The notes: generated from the sequence alone by a model not told the origin. 64,000 bases of DNA from Gemmatimonadales bacterium (GCA_046260395.1 JBHEPH010000009.1:5520-69519); one strand, 5' to 3'; positions 29,350-40,971 are shown, numbered from the stretch's first letter. Numbers and translations are program-made.

Positions 29350-30657
29350 TCAGGCCAGTGCCTTCAACGCTGCGGCCAGCCGCTCGGCGTCCTGCGGCGT
29401 GTTGTAGAGCGCGGGGGTCACCCGGATACAGTCGCCTTTCGCCACCCCGGTGCGCCACACGGTAAAGACCTGGTGTTCATCGAAGAGGCGCTGCACCAGC
29501 GCCTGGTTTCCCTCGCGGGTGCCGTCGCCGTGGAGGCGGAAGGAACTGATGGCCGCCACGAGGTCGATATCATCCGGAGTCAGGACATCAATGCCGGGTG
29601 TGCCGCGCACGGCATCCACCCAGACATCCCGGAGGTAACGGACCCGCGCCGCCTTGTACGCCGAGCCGATGGAATCGTGGAAGTCCAGTGCGGCAGGGAC
29701 GGTCAGGATCGTCGCAAAGTTGGTGGTGCCGGTGTGCATCCGGCTCTGGATCCGGTCCAGCGGGCCCTCGTCGCCCAGCATCCGGTCGATGTCGGGCAGC
29801 CGGCTCGCCTTGATGACCATCGCCCCGACACCGACCGGCGCGCCGAGCCACTTGTGCAAGTTGAGGCCCACGAAGTCGGCACCGATGTCATCGAGGGTGA
29901 TGTCGCACTGGCCGAAGGAGTGGGCGGCATCCACGATGGTGTCGGCACCCCGCTCCCTCGCCATCGCCACGATCTCCTTCGTGGGGATGATCAGCCCGGT
30001 CTTGTTGTTGAGGTGGGTCAACAGCAGCAGCCGCACCCGCGGGTTGGCCCGCAGCGCCGCGTCGTAGGCGGCCAGGATGTTGTCGCGGGTGGCGGGCTCC
30101 GGCAGGTCGAACTTCACCACCGAAGCGTCGCGCAGTTCCACCAGGGCGTTCATGGCGAGCTGCATCGCGTCGTAGTCGAGGTCGGCGTACATCACCTGGT
30201 CGCCGGGGCGGAGCTTGTTGTACTGCACGATGAGCCGCTGCAATGCCTCGGTGGCGTTGCGGGTGAATACCACCTCGCCGGGTTGGGCGCCGAGGAAACT
30301 GGCCGTCCGATCACGCGCAGCCCCGGAGGCCTCACCCCAGGCGCGGCGGGCGAAGAACGAACTCTCGTAATTCACCCGGTCCACCTGACGGTGGTCCTCG
30401 GCCAGGACCGGTGCCGCCATCATGCCGAAGTAGCCGGCCTCGAGGTTGGTGTACTCCGCGGGAACGCGGTAGTACGCCGCCACCTGGCGCCAGTAGGACT
30501 CGTCCTGCGCCACGACATCCGGCGAGCCGTTGGGCCGGTTGAGCGGGGGAAGTTCACCCGCGGATGCCGGGTCGCGCGGGTCGGCGCAGCGCGCGGTGGC
30601 CAGGGCCAGGCCGGCGACACCGGTGGTGCCGAGGAAGGCGCGGCGGGAGAGGGTCAT
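29350..30657 (-). CDS. Class V PLP-dependent aminotransferase (isopenicillin-N-epimerase/desulfurase-like) with Tat signal
   Basis: LSRRAFLG, TRNATEAL, VDAAHSFG and NLHKWLGAP motifs. Confidence 0.92.
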   Translation of the reverse strand: MTLSRRAFLGTTGVAGLALATARCADPRDPASAGELPPLNRPNGSPDVVAQDESYWRQVAAYYRVPAEYTNLEAGYFGMMAAPVLAEDHRQVDRVNYESSFFARRAWGEASGAARDRTASFLGAQPGEVVFTRNATEALQRLIVQYNKLRPGDQVMYADLDYDAMQLAMNALVELRDASVVKFDLPEPATRDNILAAYDAALRANPRVRLLLLTHLNNKTGLIIPTKEIVAMARERGADTIVDAAHSFGQCDITLDDIGADFVGLNLHKWLGAPVGVGAMVIKASRLPDIDRMLGDEGPLDRIQSRMHTGTTNFATILTVPAALDFHDSIGSAYKAARVRYLRDVWVDAVRGTPGIDVLTPDDIDLVAAISSFRLHGDGTREGNQALVQRLFDEHQVFTVWRTGVAKGDCIRVTPALYNTPQDAERLAAALKALA

Positions 30658-30676
30658 GGCAGGGTCTTCTCCAAGC

Positions 30677-31816
30677 TCAGGAGCGCGCGAAGCGACTCAG
30701 TGTGAATGGTGCCAGGTCAAACGCCGGGGGGCGGTCCATCGCCAGGTCCGCCAGGATCTCCCCGATGGCGGGAGCAAACTTGAAGCCGTGCCCCGAGCAG
30801 GGGCTGGCCAGCAGCACTGCCGGGCAGTCGGGGTGTCGGTCGAGAATGAAATGCTCGTCCGGCGTGTTGGTATACATGCAAACCTGGGCATCGGTGATCC
30901 CACCGGACAATGCTGGCAGGGCAGACTCAAGAAAGGCCAGGCACGGCTCCGAGTCCGATTCGGAGACTACCCGGTCGAGCTTCTCAGCGGTCGTCACCGC
31001 ACCGCCCTGATGCTGGGCCACCTTGGGCCCGTCGCCCAGGTCAGGGAAGCCGTACCAGAGTGGGCCCTCACGGGTTTCCCAGAGCCAGACCGGCATTGTT
31101 GATGGCAGGAAGATGGCAGGATCTCCTGATGGCCGCATCCAGAACATCACCTGGCGCTGCACCAGGAGCGGCAGCCGTATGCCGGGCAGCTCCGTTGCCA
31201 TCCAGGCGCCGGTGGCCAGCACCAGTCGACGCGCCGAATATTCACCCCTCGCCGTTTGCACCAGCACCCCGTCTCCCGCCGGCTCCCAGGAGAGCACCGG
31301 TTCGTCGTAGTGCAGTTCAGCGCCCTCGCCGGAGGCCGCCGCCAGCATCGCCGCAATGGCGGCCTCGGGTGCGAGCACCCCGGCACGCGGCTCCAGCACG
31401 CCGACCAATGCATCGTCGGGCTGCAGTGCGGGGAAGCGGCGGCGCACGTCGGCCGCGGTGAGCACCTCGTACGGCACCGCGTGGGCGCGGGCGCTCGCGA
31501 TGGCGCCCGCCACCAGCGCCCCGTCCTCGGGACCGATCACCAGCCCGCCGGTGCGCTGCAGGAGTGGGCTGCCGGACCTTTGCTCGAGCACACTCCACAG
31601 TTCGTAGGCGCGGCGCACGATCGGCACATAGGCGGGGCTCTCCCAGTACGCCTCGCGAATGATCCGGCTGCGACCGGTGGAACTGCCGAGACTGTGAGGA
31701 GGGCGGAACCGGTCGAAGCCGATGACCCGTTGCCCGCGGCTGGCGAGCTGCCAAGCCGCGGCGCTACCCATGGCGCCGAGACCGGCGATGGCGATGTCGA
31801 ACGGAGGCGGGTGCAT
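30677..31816 (-). CDS. solA: N-methyl-L-tryptophan oxidase / monomeric sarcosine oxidase
   Basis: GLGAMGSA, GSSTGRSRIIR, CMYTNTPDEHF and CSGHGFKF motifs. Confidence 0.9.
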   Translation of the reverse strand: MHPPPFDIAIAGLGAMGSAAAWQLASRGQRVIGFDRFRPPHSLGSSTGRSRIIREAYWESPAYVPIVRRAYELWSVLEQRSGSPLLQRTGGLVIGPEDGALVAGAIASARAHAVPYEVLTAADVRRRFPALQPDDALVGVLEPRAGVLAPEAAIAAMLAAASGEGAELHYDEPVLSWEPAGDGVLVQTARGEYSARRLVLATGAWMATELPGIRLPLLVQRQVMFWMRPSGDPAIFLPSTMPVWLWETREGPLWYGFPDLGDGPKVAQHQGGAVTTAEKLDRVVSESDSEPCLAFLESALPALSGGITDAQVCMYTNTPDEHFILDRHPDCPAVLLASPCSGHGFKFAPAIGEILADLAMDRPPAFDLAPFTLSRFARS

Positions 31817-32244
31817 CAGGCTAGCGGGTGCCGCCACCGCAGCGACGGAAACCGCGCGTAGTCGCGATCGGTGGTCACGAACTCACACCCCTGCTCGATG
31901 GCCAGGCCCGCCAGCCAGGCGTCGGGGACCAGGTTGCCCTTTGCGCCCGCTTCCCGGCACAGCTTCGTGAAAATCTCCCAGTGTCGCGACCCGGGTGCCA
32001 CCGGAACGGCATTGGGTCGGCTGCGAAACGCCTCGACAAAGGCCAGCGCGGCCTCGATGGGCGCGGGCGGGTGGAACACCCGCGGGTGGGTCACGATCCG
32101 CAGAAAGCCGCTCAGGATCTGATCGGACACCGCATACGCTTCGTCTGATGAGACCAATGCCTCCAACCAGGTGCGATGCTCGGCATGCCCGGTGACATCC
32201 TCCCGAAAGGCGTATACCAGCACATTCACGTCAACGAGGCGCAT
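31816..32244 (-). CDS. vapC: VapC PIN-domain toxin (mycobacterial-like)
   Basis: LVDVNVLVYA, FLRIVTHPR, GNLVPDAWLA and TTDRDYARF motifs. Confidence 0.93.
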   Translation of the reverse strand: MRLVDVNVLVYAFREDVTGHAEHRTWLEALVSSDEAYAVSDQILSGFLRIVTHPRVFHPPAPIEAALAFVEAFRSRPNAVPVAPGSRHWEIFTKLCREAGAKGNLVPDAWLAGLAIEQGCEFVTTDRDYARFPSLRWRHPLA

Positions 32245-32536
32245 CGCCGGCGTCCATCAGGTCCAGGAGGCCGGCGGTGTCGTCCAGATCCACGCCGGGT
32301 TGCAGCCCCTGCCCCGCGAAGGTGGGAAGCGGCTGCACCACCACCCCTGGCGGTTCGGCCCGTCGCGTCTGTGACTCGAGAGCCGCCAGCCCCCTGCGCA
32401 GGACATCCGACTTGGTGGCCTCCAGCCGTTCGGCCAGCCGCTCGAGCCGCTCGCGGTCGGCGGGATCGAGGTAGACCTGGACTGGTTCCGCAACCCGCTT
32501 CGGTGGTGGGTTCCGCCGCTCATGATTATATGTCAT
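32231..32536 (-). CDS. Ribbon-helix-helix (CopG-like) antitoxin
   Basis: VQVYLD..RLERLA..TKSDVLRRGL and C-terminal GLQPGVDLDD. Overlaps vapC. Confidence 0.85.
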   Translation of the reverse strand: MTYNHERRNPPPKRVAEPVQVYLDPADRERLERLAERLEATKSDVLRRGLAALESQTRRAEPPGVVVQPLPTFAGQGLQPGVDLDDTAGLLDLMDAGDAPR

Positions 32537-32548
32537 GATGTCATGATA
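32520..32548 (-). promoter_or_regulatory. Putative operator and -10 box of the RHH-vapC operon
   Basis: Three TCATGA palindromes (32520, 32533, 32541) and TATCAT 6 nt before ATG 32536. Confidence 0.6.
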
Positions 32549-32591
32549 GCCACTGACACCTTGCCCAGCAACCCCTGACCAAACCTACTGG

Positions 32592-32620
32592 TTGACAGGC
32601 GTCGCACCGCCTCGTACAAT
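32592..32620 (+). promoter_or_regulatory. Near-consensus sigma70 promoter
   Basis: TTGACA-17 bp-TACAAT upstream of the PQQ dehydrogenase. Confidence 0.75.
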
Positions 32621-32745
32621 CGCGAGGCATCTGTCCCCGAGACTCGCCCAGCATCTCCGGCTCACCGCCGCCTGCCTCTCCGTCCACCCTGCCGAGACCA
32701 CGCACGCGCAGGCAACAGTTCCACGCGCGATGAAAGTGAGTTTCC

Positions 32746-34821
32746 ATGCGTCACGTTATCCGGATCCTGTTCACCTGCTGGCTTGTTATTGCGGCCTGCA
32801 GCGCTCCCGTTGATCGTGTGGTAGACGACGCAGCAATCGCTGGCCTCGACCAGGGCGGCAACTGGCTGGCCTTCGGCCGGGCCTATGACGAGCAGCGATT
32901 CAGCCCGCTCGATGCGATCAACGAGTCCACCATCGCCCAGCTCGGCGTGGCCTGGCACTCCGACCTGCCCAACGACCGCACCCTCTACGGCACCCCGCTC
33001 GTCGTGGACGGCATCATGTACTACGAGGGAAGCTACAACGTCCTGCGTGCCGTGAATGCCACCACCGGGGAGCAGCTCTGGGAATACAACCCCCAGGTCA
33101 TCGAGCACGCCGGCGACCGGCTGCGCATCATGTGGGACGTCAGCCGCGGGATCGCCTTTTACGAGGGACGGGTGTACCTGGCCACCGGAGACGGTCGGTT
33201 AATCGCCGTGGATGCCGCCACGGGCCGGGAAGTGTGGAGCACCCTGACCGTGGACCCCGCGAAGCCGCTGGTCATCAGCGGGGCTCCCAAGGCGTTCCGC
33301 GGGCTGGTGGTGATCGGCAATGGCGGCACGGAGTGGGGCGCCATCCGCGGCTACCTGGACGCCTATGATGCCAGGACAGGCGAGCGGGTCTGGCGCTGGC
33401 ACACCGTTCCCGGCAACCCCGCCGATGGCTTCGAGAACGACGCAATGGCCATGGCCGCCGAGACCTGGACCGGCGAGTGGTGGAAGTTCGGCGGCGGTGG
33501 CACGGTCTGGCACGGTATTACCTACGACCCTGACTTCGACCAGGTGCTGATCGGCACCGGCAACGGAACGCCCTGGAACCAGCGGATCCGCAGCCCCGGT
33601 GGCGGCGACAACCTCTTCCTCTCCTCCGTCGTGGCGCTTGATGCCACCACCGGTACCTATAAGTGGCACTACCAGAACACCCCGGGAGAAACCTGGGACT
33701 ACAACTCCAACATGGACATAGTCCTGGCTGATCTCACCATCGATGGACGCCAGGTCAAGGCCGCGATGCATGCGCCGAAGAATGGCTTCTTCTATGTGAT
33801 AGACCGAGCCGACGGCCGTTTGCTCTCAGCCGAGCCGTATACCGAGGTCACCTGGGCGACGCATGTTGACATGGCCACCGGCCGGCCGGTGGAAGTGCCC
33901 GAGGCGCGGTATGCCGACGCGCCGGCGCTGGTGTTTCCGTCCGCGCTCGGTGGCCACAGCTGGCACGCGATGTCGTTCAACCCCGGCACCGGTTTCGTCT
34001 ACATCCCAGTGATCGAGCTGGCCGGCGGCTACGGCGAGGAGACGATCAACGTCGAGACGTGGCAATCTCCGACCGACTTCCGGTTCGAGACCGGCACCGA
34101 TCCAGGGATCACGGACGTGCCGGAGGACGCCGGCAGCGGCTCGCTCAAGGCGTGGGATCCGGTGGCCCAGCAGGTGGCGTGGGTGGTCGAGAAGCCCGGA
34201 ATCTGGAGTGCCGGTACGCTTACCACTGCCGGCAATCTCGTCTTCCAGGGCCAGGGCGATGGCTACCTGGTGGCGCACCGTGCCACGGATGGAGCGGTAC
34301 TTTGGAGCGCCAACCTGGGGCTGGGCATCTCCGCGCCGCCGATCACCTACGCGGTGGACGGCCGGCAGTACGTGGCGATCCTGGTCGGCTGGGGCGGCGC
34401 GGGGGCGGCGTTCATGGGATCGCTGGCGGCCAAGCACGGCTGGGCCTACAAGGCGCAGCCGCGTCGCCTCGTGGTCTTTGCGCTCGGCGGTGACGTCGCC
34501 CTGCCGGCCGCGCCGCCGCCCGTGGTCCCCACCCCGATCCCGAACGGGGACTTCGTGCTCGATCAGGGCCGGGCCGCCGCCGGCGCTGCGGTCTACGCCT
34601 CGAGTTGCACGATGTGCCACGGCTCGGGAGCGGTCTCCGGTGGCACGGCCCCGGACCTTCGCGCCTCCTCGCTGGTGCTCTCGCGGTCCACCTTCGAGGA
34701 CGTGGTGGTGCGAGGCAGCCTGCGTGCCAACGGGATGTCAAATTTCCCCAACCTGAGCCCCGACGAGGTGGAGAACATCCGGCACTACATCCGCAGCATG
34801 GCGAGCCCGCTGCGGGAGTAG
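32746..34821 (+). CDS. PQQ-dependent quinohemoprotein dehydrogenase (type II ADH-like) with C-terminal cytochrome c
   Basis: TPLVVDGIMY, GGGGTVW, YQNTPGETWDY, APKNGFFY and CTMCH motifs. Lipoprotein-like signal. Confidence 0.93.
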   Translation: MRHVIRILFTCWLVIAACSAPVDRVVDDAAIAGLDQGGNWLAFGRAYDEQRFSPLDAINESTIAQLGVAWHSDLPNDRTLYGTPLVVDGIMYYEGSYNVLRAVNATTGEQLWEYNPQVIEHAGDRLRIMWDVSRGIAFYEGRVYLATGDGRLIAVDAATGREVWSTLTVDPAKPLVISGAPKAFRGLVVIGNGGTEWGAIRGYLDAYDARTGERVWRWHTVPGNPADGFENDAMAMAAETWTGEWWKFGGGGTVWHGITYDPDFDQVLIGTGNGTPWNQRIRSPGGGDNLFLSSVVALDATTGTYKWHYQNTPGETWDYNSNMDIVLADLTIDGRQVKAAMHAPKNGFFYVIDRADGRLLSAEPYTEVTWATHVDMATGRPVEVPEARYADAPALVFPSALGGHSWHAMSFNPGTGFVYIPVIELAGGYGEETINVETWQSPTDFRFETGTDPGITDVPEDAGSGSLKAWDPVAQQVAWVVEKPGIWSAGTLTTAGNLVFQGQGDGYLVAHRATDGAVLWSANLGLGISAPPITYAVDGRQYVAILVGWGGAGAAFMGSLAAKHGWAYKAQPRRLVVFALGGDVALPAAPPPVVPTPIPNGDFVLDQGRAAAGAAVYASSCTMCHGSGAVSGGTAPDLRASSLVLSRSTFEDVVVRGSLRANGMSNFPNLSPDEVENIRHYIRSMASPLRE

Positions 34822-34842
34822 CGCCGGCAACCGGCACCGGGT

Positions 34843-36657
<1,815 letters not shown>

Positions 36658-36709
36658 TCATGGCGTACCCTATGGATCGCCATCCGCCCTCCACCTGGAG
36701 CCCGACGCG

Positions 36710-38269
36710 ATGCCCCGCTCGATCCTGCCCGCCTTGGCACTGGTCACCGCCTGCCTTCTTGCCCCCTGGCATCCCGCCGCGGCCCAGGTGCCCGCGCTCG
36801 AGATCTCCCAGATTTCCATCGCCACCCTTCAGGAGGGCTTCCGGACCGGCTCCCTCACCTGCCGGGCCGTGGTCGTCGCCTCGCTGGCCAGAATCGAGGC
36901 CCATGACAAGCGCGGCGCCGCGCTGAATGCCATCATCCTCAGCAACCCCGAGGCGCTTGGCATCGCGGACTCCCTGGACCGGCGCTTCCGCAGCACCGGG
37001 ACCGCCGGTCCGCTGCACTGCGTGCCGGTCATCGTCAAGGACAACTTCAACACCGCCGGCCTGCAGACCGCCGCAGGCTCGCTCTCCCTTGCGGGATTCA
37101 TTCCCGACCACGATGCCTTCCAGGTGGCAAGGCTCAAGGCGGCCGGGGCCATCGTGCTGGCCAAGTCGAACATGGCGGAGTTTGCGTTCAGCCCCCTCGA
37201 GACGGTCGGTTCGCTGCTGCCGGGGTACACCCGGAATCCGTACGACCAGACCCGCGTCACCGCCGGGTCGAGCGGCGGCACGGCGGCGGGCGTGGCCGCG
37301 GGGTACGGCACCGTCGGACTGGGCTCCGACACTGGCAACTCGATCCGTGGGCCCTCTGCCCACCAGGCCCTGGTCGGGATCCGCTCCACCATGGGTCTGA
37401 CCAGCCGGGGAGGCGTGATTCCGCTCAGCCTGGCGGCGGACATTGCCGGGCCGATGGCGCGGAGCGTGGCGGATGCGGTGGCGGTCTTCCAGGTCATCGC
37501 CGGGAGTGATCCAGCCGACCCGGTCACCGCCACGGCGGACGCGCGCCTGGATCCGGACTATGCCCGGCACCTGCGAGGAGACGGCCTGCGGGGGGCCCGA
37601 ATCGCGGTCCTCAACCAGGCCTGGGAGCGTCCGACCGCCGATCCCGAAGTCCGCACGGTGTTCCAACGCGCCGTGGGCGACCTGCGCCTTGCCGGCGCCA
37701 CGGTCCTCGACTCGATGCCGCTGCCAGGATATGACTCGCTGCTCCGCACGGCCCGGGGATGCAACCGCTTCCGCCACGACCTAGAGGCGTTCCTGGCCAC
37801 CCAGCCCGCCCCGCCGGTCAGGACGGTTGCCGAGATCCTTGAGTCGCGCCGCTTCCACCCCTCGGTGGAGGCGCGCCTCCAGGCATCGCAGGCCGTGGAT
37901 TCCACACCAGACGCGAATCCAGGCTGCCAGGCGCGCGCGCAGTTTGCCGCGGCGCTGGGGGATCTGGTGACCCGGGTGATGGATTCGCTGGGGCTTGATG
38001 CGCTGGTGTATCCAACCTGGAGCAATCCACCGCGCCTGATCGGCGACCTGAACACGCCGCACGGTGACAACAGCCAGATCTTTGCCCCCGCCACGGGATT
38101 CCCCGCCGTGACGGTGCCGATGGGATGGCTGCGGGACGGATCCCTGCCCGCGGGGATGACCTTCTTCGGCCGCGCCTGGAGCGAGCCGGTGCTGTTCCGG
38201 CTCAGCTACGCCTTCGAGCAGGCCACCCGTCACTGGAAACCGCCTGCGGCAACGCCGCCGCTGCGGTAG
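36710..38269 (+). CDS. Secreted amidase (amidase signature family)
   Basis: PVIVKDN, TAGSSGG and GSDTGNSIRGP motifs, with a signal peptide. Confidence 0.95.
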   Translation: MPRSILPALALVTACLLAPWHPAAAQVPALEISQISIATLQEGFRTGSLTCRAVVVASLARIEAHDKRGAALNAIILSNPEALGIADSLDRRFRSTGTAGPLHCVPVIVKDNFNTAGLQTAAGSLSLAGFIPDHDAFQVARLKAAGAIVLAKSNMAEFAFSPLETVGSLLPGYTRNPYDQTRVTAGSSGGTAAGVAAGYGTVGLGSDTGNSIRGPSAHQALVGIRSTMGLTSRGGVIPLSLAADIAGPMARSVADAVAVFQVIAGSDPADPVTATADARLDPDYARHLRGDGLRGARIAVLNQAWERPTADPEVRTVFQRAVGDLRLAGATVLDSMPLPGYDSLLRTARGCNRFRHDLEAFLATQPAPPVRTVAEILESRRFHPSVEARLQASQAVDSTPDANPGCQARAQFAAALGDLVTRVMDSLGLDALVYPTWSNPPRLIGDLNTPHGDNSQIFAPATGFPAVTVPMGWLRDGSLPAGMTFFGRAWSEPVLFRLSYAFEQATRHWKPPAATPPLR

Positions 38270-38397
38270 GCGGCGAGCCGGCGCAGGAAACGGGAAACCG
38301 TTTGTGTCGGGTCCGCCCGAGGTTCCGCGCATACCGGACACAGGCGCCTGAGCCTGCTCCACTGGGGAGCGGGGACGGCACCAGACAGGAGCAGTTC

Positions 38398-40002
38398 ATG
38401 CACGCGTCTCTCTTCTTGCTCGCCATCCTCGGTGCCCCCGGCGACACCGTCCCCCTCTACACCAACCTCGGCGATCACCAGTACACCATCACGACCGCCG
38501 TGCCCAAGGCCCAGGCCTACTTCAACCAGGGATTGCGCCTCTATTACGCCTTCAACCACGCCGAGGCGATCCGCGCCTTCCGCGAGGCCCAGCGGCAGGA
38601 CCCCACCTGCGGCATGTGCTTCTGGGGCGAGGCGCTGGCGTGGGGGCCGAATATCAACCTGCCGATGGACGACGCGGCCGGGGCCACTGCCCACCAGGCC
38701 ATCAGCCGGGCGGTGGCGCTGCGCAACCAGGGCTCGAGGCTGGAGCGGGATCTGATCGTTGCCCTCGCGGCACGGTATGCCCCGACTCCGCTCATCAACC
38801 GCTCCCCGCTCGACTCGGCCTGGGCGCGGGCGCTGGCGGACATCGTCCGTTCTTCTCCAGGGGATATCGAAGCCGGGGTGCTCTACGCCGAGGCGCTGAT
38901 GACCCTCCGCCCGTGGAACTACTGGACGGCGGAAGGCACGCTGCAGCCCGGCATGGCGCAGGCCATCGCCCAGCTCGAGGGGGCCCTGGCGCGCAACCCG
39001 AGCCACCCCGGGGCCTGCCACTTCTTCATTCATGCGGTGGAGGCAGTGCAGCCCGAGCGGGCGGTGGAATGCGCCGAGCGGCTGGCAGAGCTGATGCCTG
39101 GGGCGGGACACCTGGTGCACATGCCCGGGCACATCTACATCCGGGTGGGCCGCTACCTCGATGCCATCCGTGCCAACGAGCATGCGGTGCATGCCGACGA
39201 GACCTACATCCGCGACCAGCAGCCCGGCGTCGGCGTCTACACCGCCGGCTATTACCCGCACAACTACGACTTCATGGCCTTCGCCGCCGCGATGGCGGGA
39301 CGCCGCGCCCAGTCGCTCGCTGCTGCCGACCGGCTGGCGGAGTTGGCGGCGCCGATGATGGCGGAAGCAGGGATGATGTTCACCCAGCATCACTGGTCCC
39401 GTCGTCTGCAGCTGCGGGTACGTTTCGAGCGCTGGGAGGAGATCCTGGACACGCCGGTTCCCGCAGTCGAACTGGCCCATGCCCGCGCCATGTGGCACTA
39501 CGCACGGGGCCGTGCTTTGGTGGCGGCGGGGAGGCTGGACGAGGCCCGCGCCGACCTGGCCGAGCTCCAGGCTGCCTGCGAGAACCCCGACCTGCAGGGT
39601 GCCCGTCTGGAGTTCAACGAATCAGACGCGATCCTGCGCATCGCCGCGCTGGTGCTGGGCGGCAGGATCGAGGCCGCCGCCGGTCGCCACGAGGCGGCGA
39701 TCACGTTGCTGCAGCACGCCGCCCGCGCCGAGGATGCCCTGAGTTACGGTGAGCCGCCAGACTGGACCGTACCGGTGCGCCACGATCTCGGCGCCGTGCT
39801 GCTGGCCGCCGGCCGTGCGGCGGAGGCGGAGGAGGCCTTCCGCTCCGACCTCCGCCGCTTCCCCGCCAACGGCTGGGCGCTGGCGGGGCTGGTCGAGGCG
39901 CTGGAGGCGCGGGGAGAGGGATCGGCCGCCCGCGAGGTTCGCGCCGAGCTGGAGCGGGTGGCCGCTAGTGCCGATACGCCCATGAGGAGCGCGAAGCACT
40001 AG
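38398..40002 (+). CDS. Secreted TPR-like helical repeat protein
   Basis: AQAYFNQGL..YAFNHAEA, HPGACHFFIH, HLVHMPGHIY and NGWAL. AGGAG RBS before ATG 38398. Confidence 0.85.
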   Translation: MHASLFLLAILGAPGDTVPLYTNLGDHQYTITTAVPKAQAYFNQGLRLYYAFNHAEAIRAFREAQRQDPTCGMCFWGEALAWGPNINLPMDDAAGATAHQAISRAVALRNQGSRLERDLIVALAARYAPTPLINRSPLDSAWARALADIVRSSPGDIEAGVLYAEALMTLRPWNYWTAEGTLQPGMAQAIAQLEGALARNPSHPGACHFFIHAVEAVQPERAVECAERLAELMPGAGHLVHMPGHIYIRVGRYLDAIRANEHAVHADETYIRDQQPGVGVYTAGYYPHNYDFMAFAAAMAGRRAQSLAAADRLAELAAPMMAEAGMMFTQHHWSRRLQLRVRFERWEEILDTPVPAVELAHARAMWHYARGRALVAAGRLDEARADLAELQAACENPDLQGARLEFNESDAILRIAALVLGGRIEAAAGRHEAAITLLQHAARAEDALSYGEPPDWTVPVRHDLGAVLLAAGRAAEAEEAFRSDLRRFPANGWALAGLVEALEARGEGSAAREVRAELERVAASADTPMRSAKH

Positions 40003-40029
40003 CGAAATGTGAAGACGGACGGGGCCTCG

Positions 40030-40971
40030 CTACGGGGCCTCGACCGTGAACTCCTGGTAGAGCGGTGTCTGGGCGGAGCGTTCACTGATCCAGGCGTACC
40101 GTCCGGGCTCGAGATTGACCGTGAAGTATGCTGTCGCTCCCATGGGCATTTCATGGGTGCCGCCCAGGAACTGGAACGGCATGACGCCATCGTGGGTCGA
40201 GACCAGGCCACCTGGCTGGCTCCAGTCCATCCACGCGGTTACCGCGGCGATCGCCACGTCGTCCGTGAGGCGAACGAGGTGGACATCGTTGCCCAGAAGC
40301 GGGGGCTCCGGCTCGGCAAAGGTCACCGCAACCGTGTGCCGGCCCGGGGTGAGTGTTCCTTCGATCCCGAACCCCTCGTTCGTGAGCTGCATCGTCACGG
40401 TTGCTGCGCCGGGCGCGGCGGCAGTGGAGCGCCCCGCGGTGACGGTCAGCCCTTTCATCATCCCCATCACGGAATGAAACCTGCCTTCAGCTGACTTGAC
40501 ATAACATTCGATGGCGTAGTTACCTGGCTCCAGCTCGAGCGTGACCTCGGAAGTTCCGCCGGGAGACACCAGGCCGGGTCCACCCATCATGACGACCTCG
40601 CCGTACCAGGCCGGCAAATTCGCCAGCGCCGCGAAACCACTGTCCATTTGTCCCGCATTGATCAGGTCCATGGCCTGCTGAAATACCGGGCCCACTTCCG
40701 CGATACTGTGCTCCACCGTCCTCCCCTCCGGCAACCGCTGCAGCAGGGCAAAGTGGACAGCGGGTGATGCGTTGACCAGGCGGACGGTATTCCAGCCCGC
40801 GCTGATGGTATCCGTACTCGCCTCGAACACATGCTGGTTCGCTGTGGCATCATAACTGGCCGTGAGTTCAAGGCTGGGCGTCGCGGGGCTCTCAACCTCC
40901 CCGGGACCGCACGCCGCCTGCATGAGGATCGCGGCGGCCGCGATGAGGCGGACGATGGGGGAATTGTGCAT
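40030..40971 (-). CDS. Lipoprotein with two cupredoxin-like domains
   Basis: Lipobox MQAAC, LEPGNYAIECYVK..GRFHSVMGM (C..H..M) and a second repeat LEPGRYAW. AGGAG RBS. Confidence 0.7.
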   Translation of the reverse strand: MHNSPIVRLIAAAAILMQAACGPGEVESPATPSLELTASYDATANQHVFEASTDTISAGWNTVRLVNASPAVHFALLQRLPEGRTVEHSIAEVGPVFQQAMDLINAGQMDSGFAALANLPAWYGEVVMMGGPGLVSPGGTSEVTLELEPGNYAIECYVKSAEGRFHSVMGMMKGLTVTAGRSTAAAPGAATVTMQLTNEGFGIEGTLTPGRHTVAVTFAEPEPPLLGNDVHLVRLTDDVAIAAVTAWMDWSQPGGLVSTHDGVMPFQFLGGTHEMPMGATAYFTVNLEPGRYAWISERSAQTPLYQEFTVEAP

